Shown here: in pieces, positions 36,872 through 46,800 of the stretch
How positions within the stretch are numbered: the stretch's first letter is position 1
Layout: every line of letters begins with the position of its first letter
Position numbers and translations under genes: made by a program
The notes under the pieces: generated by a model
Database searches by the model: none
What the model was told of the DNA's origin: nothing
Seen by the model: the letters and a program-made list of their open reading frames with translations, nothing else
Assembly (NCBI GenBank): GCA_002839545.1
Contig: PGYG01000002.1
Span: 1-52,391, forward strand
Direction: 5' to 3'
DNA from: Candidatus Methanoperedenaceae archaeon HGW-Methanoperedenaceae-1
GTDB lineage: Archaea > Halobacteriota > Methanosarcinia > Methanosarcinales > Methanoperedenaceae
Length of the DNA: 52,391 nt

Positions 36872-38814
36872 ATATCGCAAAAGGCTCGGTTAAATCAAAA
36901 GAACAGCCAATGTACGCGGTTGTTATACTGGAGGATGGAAGAGTTGAACATCACAGGATGGTGAGCCAGCATAAATTCCTGGGGATGGTATGGAAAGAAA
37001 AACCCGGAATTGTCGCGGTGGATAATGTTTTTGAACTGGCAACTGATAAGCACGGGCTTGTCTCGCTCCTGCGGAGATTTCCGCATGCTACGAAGCTTGT
37101 CCAGGTAACAGGCGGTGAAACCCTTGAGCCGCTTACAAAACTTGCGAAACAGCATGGTTTCTCGTTTGACAGGTTTGACCCGAATGAGGAAGCGCTTGCC
37201 TGCGCAAAACTTGCAGGGCTTGGCGTTGGTTATGAAGTTTCTGCTTTTGAGGATAAAACAATAATCAAGGTAAGCCGCGGCAGGTCGCCAGGAAAAGGAG
37301 GGTGGAGCCAGAACAGGTACAGGCGCAAGATACACGGTCACGTCAGGCAAAAGGCAAGGGAAATTGAGGAGCAGCTTGATGGGCAGTCAAAAATATTGGG
37401 CTTCACTTACACGCAGGATATAAGTGAGCGGTTCGGAGGTTACTCAAAATCTGAGTTTTACGTGGATGCGCCCAGAAGCCAGGTTCATGTCAGTTCAGGC
37501 AAATACGGTGATGTGCAGGTCAGGGTCAGCGGCATTGAACGGGATGCTCTTGTCTACAAACCCCTGAAAATAAGGAAACGGGATTACATCATAGTCGGGA
37601 TTGACCCTGGCACAACAACAGCAGTTGCGGTTCTTACACTTTCCGGTGAGATGCGTTTTGTCAGCAGTTCAAGGACTGCATCGATTTCAGACGTAATTGA
37701 AATGATTTCCGAACAGGGAAGACCGCTTATTATTGCAAGTGACGTGTTCCCGACTCCCAACACGGTTGAAAAAATACGCAGGGCGTTTAACGCTGTCCCA
37801 GGTTCGCCTGATGACGTCCTGACATTAGAGGATAAAATCGAACTTGCAAGACCTTTTGAATATTCAAACGCGCATGAACGCGATGCCATAGCTGCGGCGG
37901 CTTCGGTGTACCGGAAGAACAGGAACAAGTTCGAGCAGATAAGGAAAAAAATCCCGCAAGGCGTGGATGCGGATGAGGCGCTCGCAATGGTCGTGAGGGG
38001 AAAAGCAGTGGATGCTGTGCTTTCTGAGCTTACACGGAAAGAGGAAAAGCAGCCGGAGACTGGTAAAACGCCTGAAAAGGCAGGTGAGGGGAGTCTCCAG
38101 TTAAGGGAACTGGTAAGGAAATACGAAGAAGAGATAGCTGAGATGAAAGCCTACCAGCATGAACTGGAAAGCAAACTTCGAAAGAAGGATTCAAGGATTC
38201 GGGAACTTGAAAAACTCAGCGATAAAATGCGTACTGACGTGTATAAACAGCTTAAAAAAGAAAAAGGAATAAAGGTGCGGGATAAGGATATTGCACGGCT
38301 TAAACACCAGGTTTCCGAGAACAGCACACATATTTCACGCCTCATGAAAAGGATAGATAAACTGAAAACAGTCAGGCGTCTTGAAATAAGCGGGAGGGTG
38401 CTGCCTGTTAAGATTATTTCTGCTTTTACGAAAGACAGTATAATGAAGACGCAGGAAGAAGCCGGGATTAAAAAGGACGACATCATAATCCTGAAAGATG
38501 CAAGCGGCGGCGGGACTATTACCGCGAAGATGCTTTCCGACATGGGCGTGCGGGCTGTTATTATATGTAACGATATGTCACATGCGGCAGAGGAGGAACT
38601 GTTTAACATGGACGTGCCGGTCGTTGATGTTAAGGACGTGAAACTCCAGTTTGACAGGACTGAAGAGTTTGCGGTTGTTAAACCCGAAGACATTGAACGT
38701 GCAATAGAGGAGTGGAAAAAGATGGCGGAAACCAGGAAAAAAGCAGATAAGGAGAAATGGCTGGAGTCACTTGTTGATGAGTACAGGAGTGAAAGGCGGC
38801 GCGCGATTAAATGA
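36844..38814 (+). CDS. DUF460 (COG2433) protein: RNase H-fold domain plus long coiled coil
   Basis: 656 aa with two RNase H-like starts (IFGIDIAKGS and IVGIDPGTTTAVA) and a K/E-rich coiled coil in the middle. It overlaps rio2 by 28 nt. Confidence 0.65.
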   Translation: MAGRTIFGIDIAKGSVKSKEQPMYAVVILEDGRVEHHRMVSQHKFLGMVWKEKPGIVAVDNVFELATDKHGLVSLLRRFPHATKLVQVTGGETLEPLTKLAKQHGFSFDRFDPNEEALACAKLAGLGVGYEVSAFEDKTIIKVSRGRSPGKGGWSQNRYRRKIHGHVRQKAREIEEQLDGQSKILGFTYTQDISERFGGYSKSEFYVDAPRSQVHVSSGKYGDVQVRVSGIERDALVYKPLKIRKRDYIIVGIDPGTTTAVAVLTLSGEMRFVSSSRTASISDVIEMISEQGRPLIIASDVFPTPNTVEKIRRAFNAVPGSPDDVLTLEDKIELARPFEYSNAHERDAIAAAASVYRKNRNKFEQIRKKIPQGVDADEALAMVVRGKAVDAVLSELTRKEEKQPETGKTPEKAGEGSLQLRELVRKYEEEIAEMKAYQHELESKLRKKDSRIRELEKLSDKMRTDVYKQLKKEKGIKVRDKDIARLKHQVSENSTHISRLMKRIDKLKTVRRLEISGRVLPVKIISAFTKDSIMKTQEEAGIKKDDIIILKDASGGGTITAKMLSDMGVRAVIICNDMSHAAEEELFNMDVPVVDVKDVKLQFDRTEEFAVVKPEDIERAIEEWKKMAETRKKADKEKWLESLVDEYRSERRRAIK

Positions 38815-38815
38815 G

Positions 38816-39163
38816 CTATACCAGTTTCAGGTGACCTGTAATCTTGTCAAGTTCTGATACTTCGGCAGGTCCGATTCCAAGAACCGTTACCGTGCCTGGC
38901 GGGATTTCAGTTAATCCTGCATCAGTAATCAGCGCGGTGGATAAATCGTGCTTCCTTGCAATTTCTTTTAATTCAAACAAATCCTGCAGCGTCGGCACCC
39001 TTAAAACAACCTTCTTCTGCCCCTCCTCTTTCCAGGCTTCGCGGGCTTTTTTATCTGCCCACTCGTATGCAGACACAGCCGCATGCGCCACCTGCACGGC
39101 AAGTTTTCCTTTTGATAGTTTCAGGTCATCCCGTATGATTATACACTGCTTGTACCCGGTCAT
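38816..39163 (-). CDS. pth: Peptidyl-tRNA hydrolase, archaeal Pth2 type
   Basis: 115 aa with KQCIIIRDDLKLSKGKLAVQVAHAAV and ITDAGLTEIPPGTVTVLGIGP. Confidence 0.92.
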   Translation of the reverse strand: MTGYKQCIIIRDDLKLSKGKLAVQVAHAAVSAYEWADKKAREAWKEEGQKKVVLRVPTLQDLFELKEIARKHDLSTALITDAGLTEIPPGTVTVLGIGPAEVSELDKITGHLKLV

Positions 39164-39191
39164 AAAATTCCTCCAAAAGATTTGGCAAGGA

Positions 39192-39548
39192 TTACTCCTT
39201 CGCCTCTTCCTGAATCATCATCCCGTTTTCATCGAATTTCAGGGCGTCTTTAATGTCAGACCACTCTTTCCCGAACCTGAGTGCCTCGTCCCTGTCAAAA
39301 TCCCCGACAATTATCTTTTCTGAGTTGTCTTTAACGGCAAAAAGGGGAACAGCCATGAAACCGTCCCTGTTTTTTACAATTATCCTTTCATCATGGAAAG
39401 CTACACTTTCACCGATGTCTGTATCATGTTGTTTTACGAACTTATTGAGATAATCGCGTATATCGATATCATATTTTGTGCCTGGAGTTTCTTCTGTCTC
39501 TTCACCATGTTTCCTGAAAATTCGGGTTATCTTGCTGATTAGGGACAT
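39192..39548 (-). CDS. Hypothetical protein
   Basis: 118 aa, acidic, no recognisable motif. Confidence 0.45.
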   Translation of the reverse strand: MSLISKITRIFRKHGEETEETPGTKYDIDIRDYLNKFVKQHDTDIGESVAFHDERIIVKNRDGFMAVPLFAVKDNSEKIIVGDFDRDEALRFGKEWSDIKDALKFDENGMMIQEEAKE

Positions 39549-39604
39549 TTAAACCACTTATTAGTATCCTGAAATAAATAGTATTTGAATGATTTAACTT
39601 TCAC

Positions 39605-40168
39605 TCACGCAAGCCCGAAAGGTATCCCAACGACAAGCTCATCGTCCTGGTAACCGCTGTGTTTCCGTGAGCCCTTGCAGCCAAAGGAGATGGCAGGTTT
39701 CCCGTCCGCAGGGCAGGCGGTACACTCACTGCATACTGAAGCCGTACCTCCTGTCCTGAATTCAACAGGCTTGCCGTCATGGTATGCAAACGCCTGCACA
39801 ATCCGCATGGCGCGTTCAGGTTTCAGGAAAAGTAGCAGGACGTCAAAATCCGCGCCAGAATAAGGGGATATGCTAATGGCGCCGGTTTTTTTTGCCAGCC
39901 TGTGAAGCGAAGAGGCTGCATTCCCTGCCGCAGTCCTGTCACTGTACCTCCCGCTTTCGTAATAGTAATCACCTGGTGACAAATCGTTATCACCGAGAAC
40001 GTAAGCGCCAACACTGCATCCCTGCTCCCTTATCAGGAACGACTCACCAAACCGTGCTTTCTGGATAAGCTCGCAGTATAAAAGGTCTGTATCCTCACCT
40101 TCTTCTTTTGTGAAAACTACGCTTACAGGTTTTCCTTTGTCCATCAAAGCGGGGATGTTTTTAAGCAT
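39605..40168 (-). CDS. Hypothetical protein, possibly DUF169 (COG2043)-like
   Basis: 187 aa. The Cys pattern (YCE..., GCSVGAYVLG, CSECTACP) and size loosely recall DUF169. This is a weak by-eye call. Confidence 0.35.
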   Translation of the reverse strand: MLKNIPALMDKGKPVSVVFTKEEGEDTDLLYCELIQKARFGESFLIREQGCSVGAYVLGDNDLSPGDYYYESGRYSDRTAAGNAASSLHRLAKKTGAISISPYSGADFDVLLLFLKPERAMRIVQAFAYHDGKPVEFRTGGTASVCSECTACPADGKPAISFGCKGSRKHSGYQDDELVVGIPFGLA

Positions 40169-40229
40169 AGGTAGTTAATTGGTGGTAATTAGTAAAAACG
40201 GTTTTCCAAAATTTCAGGAGAAAAGAATA

Positions 40230-40577
40230 TCAGGCTATGACCATTTCCTTTTTGTGTCCGGTTAACAAATGCCCGGTTTCCTGTCTGGCAACCTCAATCT
40301 CTGCAAGCCGTATATTCAGGGCATTCTGGAATTTTACAAGCTTTTTAACCATTTCATCATCACTGTTTATCTGGTAAAGCTTGGCGTTCCCTACCTGCCG
40401 TGTCATTGTGACCATGCCGAGTTCTTCCAGCAATGGTAGTGCTTTCATGAGTGTTGTGTAATGGATGCCTGCCTCATCTGCTATGTCTGTTATGGTGATG
40501 TCGATGTCCTGGTATTCCCAGAGAACATCGAGTATTTTTGCTGCTGCCGAGCCTGTAAAGAGTTTTTCTAGTGACAT
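40230..40577 (-). CDS. Winged-helix transcriptional regulator (ArsR/MarR-like)
   Basis: 115 aa with AKILDVLWEY..ITITDIADEAGIHYTTLMKALPLLEELGMV, then a wing, then a C-terminal helix. Confidence 0.7.
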   Translation of the reverse strand: MSLEKLFTGSAAAKILDVLWEYQDIDITITDIADEAGIHYTTLMKALPLLEELGMVTMTRQVGNAKLYQINSDDEMVKKLVKFQNALNIRLAEIEVARQETGHLLTGHKKEMVIA

Positions 40578-40600
40578 GGTATTTTAAAATGTTAAATTAT

Positions 40601-40636
40601 GTTACAATGCTATGCAAGGTTACAATGCTATGCAAG
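40601..40636. repeat. Perfect 18-nt tandem direct repeat x2 (gttacaatgctatgcaag) in a divergent promoter region
   Basis: Read directly. A related gttgcaat follows at about 40651. It sits 24 nt upstream of the wHTH regulator start. It is a candidate operator. Confidence 0.9.
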
Positions 40637-40709
40637 TATATATAATCTGCGTTGCAATAGTATAAATATTATAAAAACGTATTGTTTTTAAACTATATAG
40701 TGATTTACT

Positions 40710-40955
40710 ATGCGGAAAGACCAGATAATCATCGTCAAGAAACAAATCCTCAGGCGTTTCCTCAATAAAACCATGATTGGCATGAATTACGTTAATCGGC
40801 AAGATGTGAAAGTAAAGAAAATAGGCGGGGATGTTGTGAAAAAAGCAATTGATGAACTTATTAAAGATGGTTTTTTAGAGACACATCATGGCTTGTGCAT
40901 CAGCATAAACCCGAGGATGCTAACAGAAATTAGCAAATATCTGGAAGATGAATAA
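40710..40955 (+). CDS. Hypothetical small protein (possible wHTH)
   Basis: 81 aa, basic N-terminus, with KKAIDELIKDGFLE. It is divergent from the regulator at 40230-40577. Confidence 0.4.
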   Translation: MRKDQIIIVKKQILRRFLNKTMIGMNYVNRQDVKVKKIGGDVVKKAIDELIKDGFLETHHGLCISINPRMLTEISKYLEDE

Positions 40956-41315
40956 AATATTAAAAACCCTCCATTTTATTATTATTAACCACACAATTCG
41001 TACCCCAACGAACCAAAACCCTTAATACGCCGTGGATACTTTACATTAAGCGTATACCATGACCCGATACGCAAAACGAAAAACAGGTGACATGCTTCAT
41101 TGCACGTTCAGCGCCATAATCGACATCTTCGAAATGGAGAAAAGCCGCGAACCCACATCACGGGAAGTCAATAATATTATTTCAGCAATTGGCTGCCGCG
41201 GGGCACGGGTTAAATAACATATTTAATCATTACGCCCCGCGTGATTAAATAGAAAACCTTAATTAAAACTACTCTGTTTAAATGATAAACACGTTTACGC
41301 ATATTATACTACAAC

Positions 41316-42350
41316 GTGGTGCTAAAGACGAGTAACGAAATGGATTGTTATCAGTGCGGTAAGTGCACATCTATTTGCCCGATGCGGAGAGTTTCAAAGA
41401 CATCCCCGCGCAGGTCTATTTATAATTCAAGTGTATACGGTCTTGATTCTGATGATATCTGGACATGCCTGACATGCGGTTTGTGTCCGCAGGGATGTCC
41501 GCAAAAGGTTGATTTCCTGAGTTTCATACAGGATGAGCGGCAGGGGAAAGAACCTCTTGATGTCGCACATCTCGGTGTATTTACAGAGTTTGCTGAACTG
41601 AGTTCTAAACTCGATGGAAGCAAACCCGAAAAATCAGATTCAAAATACGGGTACTTCCCAGGATGCGTGGATAACCTTGGCTTATTCCTGCATGATGTAA
41701 AAACCGATTTTGGCGAAATAACAACTTCCTCGCTTAAGCTTCTTGATAAGCTCGGAATCAAGCCGCAGGTCATGAATATGAAATGCTGCGGTCACGATGT
41801 CCTCTGGCAGGGAAAAAAGGATGTTTTTGACAGGCTTAAGGATCACAATAAGAAATACATAAAGGAAAGCGGCATTGACACACTCATAACAAGCTGCGCC
41901 GAATGTTACCGCACATTTTCAAAGGATTATGACCTTGGTATAAAGGTCATCCATACATCCGAACTTCTTGATAAACTCGGACTTAAAATTGACGCAGACG
42001 TTACCTACCACGACCCGTGCAGGCTTGGCAGGCACATGGGCGTGTACGATGCACCCAGAGCCGCCCTTGCTGGAAACGGTGTCAGGGTAACTGAGATGGA
42101 GCACTCAAAAGATAATGCCCTGTGCTGCGGCGTAAGCAATTTCATGAACTGCAACGAGCAGACAAAAGCCCTGCGTATTATCAGGATGGACGAGGCTGCT
42201 GCAACAGGAGCAAAGACGCTGATTACCACCTGCCCGAAATGCCTTGCGCATTTTAACTGCCTGAAGAACGAGAAAGAACCAGTGAAGAATTATGAGCTTG
42301 ATGTTGTTGACCTTAACGTGTTCCTTTCAAGACAACTGGAGGAGAAATGA
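41316..42350 (+). CDS. HdrD-like iron-sulfur protein (2x[4Fe-4S] ferredoxin N-domain plus two CCG domains)
   Basis: Contains CYQCGKCTSICP and CLTCGLCPQGCP, then FPGC...CCGHD...C..C and HDPC...CCGVS...CPKC. There is no HdrE next to it. The start could be GTG 41316 or ATG 41340. Confidence 0.8.
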   Translation: MVLKTSNEMDCYQCGKCTSICPMRRVSKTSPRRSIYNSSVYGLDSDDIWTCLTCGLCPQGCPQKVDFLSFIQDERQGKEPLDVAHLGVFTEFAELSSKLDGSKPEKSDSKYGYFPGCVDNLGLFLHDVKTDFGEITTSSLKLLDKLGIKPQVMNMKCCGHDVLWQGKKDVFDRLKDHNKKYIKESGIDTLITSCAECYRTFSKDYDLGIKVIHTSELLDKLGLKIDADVTYHDPCRLGRHMGVYDAPRAALAGNGVRVTEMEHSKDNALCCGVSNFMNCNEQTKALRIIRMDEAAATGAKTLITTCPKCLAHFNCLKNEKEPVKNYELDVVDLNVFLSRQLEEK

Positions 42351-42913
42351 TAAAAACCAGCGACCTTGACCCGAATTTCAAGCATGAAATCGCCGGTGAA
42401 CCGGGCGGTGAGAATATCAAGCGCTGTTTTAACTGCACAGGATGCACGGTCGGGTGTCCTGTTACTGAAATCGATAACAACTACAACCCGCGCAAAATCC
42501 TGAGGAAAGCCCTCCTTGGTATGCGGGAAGAAGTGCTTACTGATGATACATTGTGGCTTTGCGCTTCATGTTACCTGTGTTACGAACGCTGCCCGCAGGA
42601 CGTGAAAATCACGGAAGTCATGGGTGCCATAAGGGCAATTGCCCAGCGCGAGGCAAAAGCAGGGAAGCTCAAGCTCAACAACCCGAAACCCCTTTTTGAT
42701 AACCTGTTTATTGATTCGGTTAAGAAGAATGGCAAATGGTACGAGGCAGGCGTGAGCGGTGAGTTCATGCTGAGGACAAAAGGAATAAAAGGCGCAATTG
42801 GTTATGCTCCTATGGGACTGGAACTGTTTAAAAAGGGAAAGCTGAGTATTCTTCCCCATAAAATCAAGGGTACGAAAGAGATTAAGCGCATCTTCGAAGA
42901 GGTGGAGAAATGA
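42347..42913 (+). CDS. hdrC: Heterodisulfide reductase subunit C
   Basis: 188 aa with CFNCTGCTVGCP and CASCYLCYERCP. It overlaps the upstream gene through an ATGA. Confidence 0.88.
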   Translation: MIKTSDLDPNFKHEIAGEPGGENIKRCFNCTGCTVGCPVTEIDNNYNPRKILRKALLGMREEVLTDDTLWLCASCYLCYERCPQDVKITEVMGAIRAIAQREAKAGKLKLNNPKPLFDNLFIDSVKKNGKWYEAGVSGEFMLRTKGIKGAIGYAPMGLELFKKGKLSILPHKIKGTKEIKRIFEEVEK

Positions 42914-43809
42914 AACTTGCTTATTATCCCGGATGCACCCTTCACGGCACAGCGCGCGAGTACGATGCTTCCACAAAAGCTGTATGCAAGACCGCTGGTA
43001 TTGAGCTTACGGAAATCGAGGACTGGAACTGCTGCGGCGCACTTGAAGCAATATTCGACAAGGAACTGTCTATGGGGCTGTCAGCAAGGAACAACATGCT
43101 TGCCAGGAAAACAGGTCTTGACCTTGTGATACCGTGCAGTATCTGCTCGCATAACCTCTCACGGGCTGATAAAGCCATGAGGGAAAACGAGGGTTTCAGG
43201 ACAAAAATAGAAACTGCCATGGGTGAAAAATACGAAGGCATCAAAATAAAACACCTGCTTGATGTTATTGTTAACGATGTGGGAATCGAAACACTCTCTG
43301 GGAAATTCACTAAAAAAATGAATGGCATAAAAGCCGTGCCGTATTACGGCTGTCTTCTTGTCCGCCCGTCTGAGGTTTCAAAATTCGACAATCCTGACAA
43401 TCCGCAATCACTTGATGCTCTTATAAAAGCCACAGGCGCGCAGTGCCTTACCTTTACCCAGAAGACAAAATGCTGCGGCGGTAATCTCCTGATGAGCAAC
43501 CAGGAGTATGCTTTCAAGCTTACAAAAAAATTATTCGACGAGGCAAAATCGGCTGGTGCCAACTGCATTGTGGTTGCTTGTCCAATGTGCCACATGCTGC
43601 TTGACGGTCAGCAGGCAATGATAGAGAAAGAGCTTGATACCGTGATAGATATGCCTGTCCTGTATTTTACGCAGTTGCTCGGTCTTGCCATGGGAATCGG
43701 GAAGAACGAGCTTGAACTTGACAAAAACATGGTGTCAACTTCCGCACTTCTTGAGTCCGTGGGCAGGGAAGAAGAAAGCCTTGAAGCTGAAGCTGAGGTG
43801 GCACAATGA
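42910..43809 (+). CDS. hdrB: Heterodisulfide reductase subunit B
   Basis: 299 aa with YYPGCTLHGT...WNCCGA and YYGC...KCCGGN...CPMC, i.e. two CCG domains. Confidence 0.9.
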   Translation: MKLAYYPGCTLHGTAREYDASTKAVCKTAGIELTEIEDWNCCGALEAIFDKELSMGLSARNNMLARKTGLDLVIPCSICSHNLSRADKAMRENEGFRTKIETAMGEKYEGIKIKHLLDVIVNDVGIETLSGKFTKKMNGIKAVPYYGCLLVRPSEVSKFDNPDNPQSLDALIKATGAQCLTFTQKTKCCGGNLLMSNQEYAFKLTKKLFDEAKSAGANCIVVACPMCHMLLDGQQAMIEKELDTVIDMPVLYFTQLLGLAMGIGKNELELDKNMVSTSALLESVGREEESLEAEAEVAQ

Positions 43810-46800
43810 AAGGTTCGGTAGCAGTAGTCGGCGGCGGGGTTGCAGGAATCCAGGCTGCACTTGACCTTGCAGACAACGGGTTCAAGACGTATCTTATCGA
43901 ATCAAAACCAAGCATTGGCGGCACGATGTCCCAGCTTGACAAGACATTCCCGACAAACGATTGTGCCATGTGCATCTTATCGCCGAAGCTTGTGGAAACA
44001 GGACGCCATCCGAACATTGAACTCCTGTCATACTCTGATGTCAAATCCATAACAGGCGAGGCAGGGGATTTCAGGGTAAAGGTTCTCAGGAAAGCGCGCT
44101 ACGTTGATGAGGCAAAATGTACCGGATGCGGCAACTGCACAGAGAAGTGCCCGAAGAAAGTTGATGACGATTACAATGCCGGGATGAGCAAGCGCAAAGC
44201 TATCTACATACCGTTTGCCCAGGCAATACCAAGGGTTGCAACCATTGATGCTGCCAATTGCATATACCTCACAAAAGGCAAGTGCGGGAACTGTAAGAAA
44301 GTATGCGGTGTCGAGGCTGTGGATTATGAGGCAAAAGACGAAGAGATTGAACTGAATGTGGGTTCTGTTGTCATTGCAACCGGTTTTAAGCCTTTTGACC
44401 CTTCAGTTTTGACAAATTACAGGTTCGACCATCCTGATGTTATCACTTCCCTCCAGTTAGAGAGACTGCTGAGCGCAAGCGGTCCAACGCAGGGACATGT
44501 AACAAAACCTTCAAACGGCGAAGTCCCGAAGAAAATAGGCTTTATCCAGTGTGTCGGCTCACGAAACCCGCGCATCAGCAGGAAATACTGTTCATCGGTT
44601 TGCTGCATGTATGCAACAAAAGAAGCCATAATCGCAAAAGAGCACGACCCTGAACTTGATATTACGATATTTAACATAGACATAAGGGCATTCGGGAAGA
44701 ATTTTGAGGAATTCTACAACCGCGCGCAGCGTGAGTACGGCATCAAATACACGAATTCACGTCCGCCTGAAGTCATTGTTGGTGCAGATAACACATTGTC
44801 AGTAAAATACGAGGATTTCAATACAGGCGAACTGAAATCCCAGGGGCTGGATATGGTTATTCTCTCAATCGGGCTTGACCCGTCTGATTCAACCCGCACT
44901 ATTGCAGAATCGTCAGGCATTGCCCTTGATGAGTTCGGGAATATTGCCACAAGCATTGAGGCTCCTGTTGAGACAAGTGTTTCCGGCATATATGTCTGCG
45001 GTGTGGCACAGGGTCCAAAGGATATTCCCGATACAGTGGCGCAGGCAAGCGCAGCAGCATCAAAAGCGGCTGCGTTGCTTTCAGGCGAGCGCGGGACGCT
45101 GATTAAGGAAAGGGAATTCCCCGATGAAAAAACGCTTTCTTCCGAGCCAAGAACCGGCGTATTCGTATGCCACTGCGGGATTAATATCGGAAGCGTTGTG
45201 AACGTTCCGGGCGTTGTGGAATATGCAAAGACCCTGCCAAATGTAACCTATGCACAGGAATTGCTGTATGCCTGCTCATCCGATTCACAGGAGGCTATAA
45301 AGCAGGCAATTTCAGGAAATAACCTTAACCGCGTGGTTGTGGCATCCTGCACGCCGCGCACACATGAACCACTGTTCCAGAATACATGCAGGGAGGCAGG
45401 GCTTAACCCATACCTTTTCGAGCTTGCCAATATCAGGGAGCACTGCTCATGGGTACACATGAAGGAAAAAGATAAAGCCACTGAAAAAGCCAAATCCATT
45501 GTCAGGATGGCAGTTGCAAAATCCGCCTTTTTCCAGCCCCTGTACAAACAGAAAGTCTCACTTATCAACAAAGCAATGGTTATCGGCGGCGGTGTTGCAG
45601 GCATGACCGCGGCGCTTGATATTGCAAATAACGGTTATGAAGTAACCCTTGTCGAGAAGGAAAAGGAACTCGGCGGCATGCTAAAAGACATGACAGAGAT
45701 GCATGACGGTAAGAAGCCATCTGAGATAATTTCTGACCTTGCCAGGCAAATACATGATAACAATAAAATCACTGTAATGAACGAGGCAAAACTCGTTGAT
45801 GTGGAAGGTCATCTTGGCAATTTCAAGGGCACGGTGCTTTCAGGCGGGCAGGAAACACACCTGGATTTCGGGGCTGCTGTTATCGCAACAGGCGCACGCA
45901 ACCTTGAGCCGGCGGGTTTGTTCGGATACGGAAGCAACAGCCGTGTTGTAACGCAGGCACAGCTTGAGAAAATGCTGGCTGAAAACCTTAGTGCGAATAA
46001 TATTACTATGATACAGTGTGCGGGCGCACGGAACCCTGAGCGGGAATACTGCGGGCGTACATGCTGCGTGGATGCTGTCAAGAACGCCATACGGATAAAG
46101 AAGGCAAACAGCAAGGCAAACGTGTTTGTGTTATACCGGGATATCAGGACATACGGCGTCACTGAGAAACTGTACGAGACTGCAAGGGAACTCGGTGTCC
46201 TATTCATACAATACGACAAGGATGCTCCGCCGCAGGTTCAGGATAGTGCCGTGGTTGTGCATGATGTCATGCTGAATGAGGATATTGAGATTGAAACCGA
46301 CCTTGTGGTTCTGAGTACCCCGCTCATTTCAGGGGAGGATAATTCAGGAATAAACCAGCTTTTCAAGGTGCCGCTTGATAAGAACGGGTTTTTCCTTGAA
46401 GCACACCCCAAACTTCGCCCTGTGGAGTTTGCAACTGACGGCGTGTTCCTCTGCGGGAGCGCACAGGCTCCGAAACTCATGGAAGAAGCCATCTCGCAGG
46501 CAAGCGCTGCTGCATCACGTGCATGTACAATCCTGTCACGCGATTTTATCGAGACCGAAGCAATGGTTTCTATTGTTAATGAGGCAAAATGTATCGGGTG
46601 CGGAACGTGCGTTACCGTTTGCCCGTATAATGCGCCTGCACTGGAAGAAGCAACTGTCACCGCAGAAGAGGTAAGCTATACCGCAAAGAAATCGCGCATC
46701 AACCCAGCGGCATGCAAGGGCTGCGGTTCGTGTGCGGCAGCCTGTCCATCAGGAGCCATCACAGCCCAGCATTTCTCACGGAAAGAAATAGGTGAGGCGA

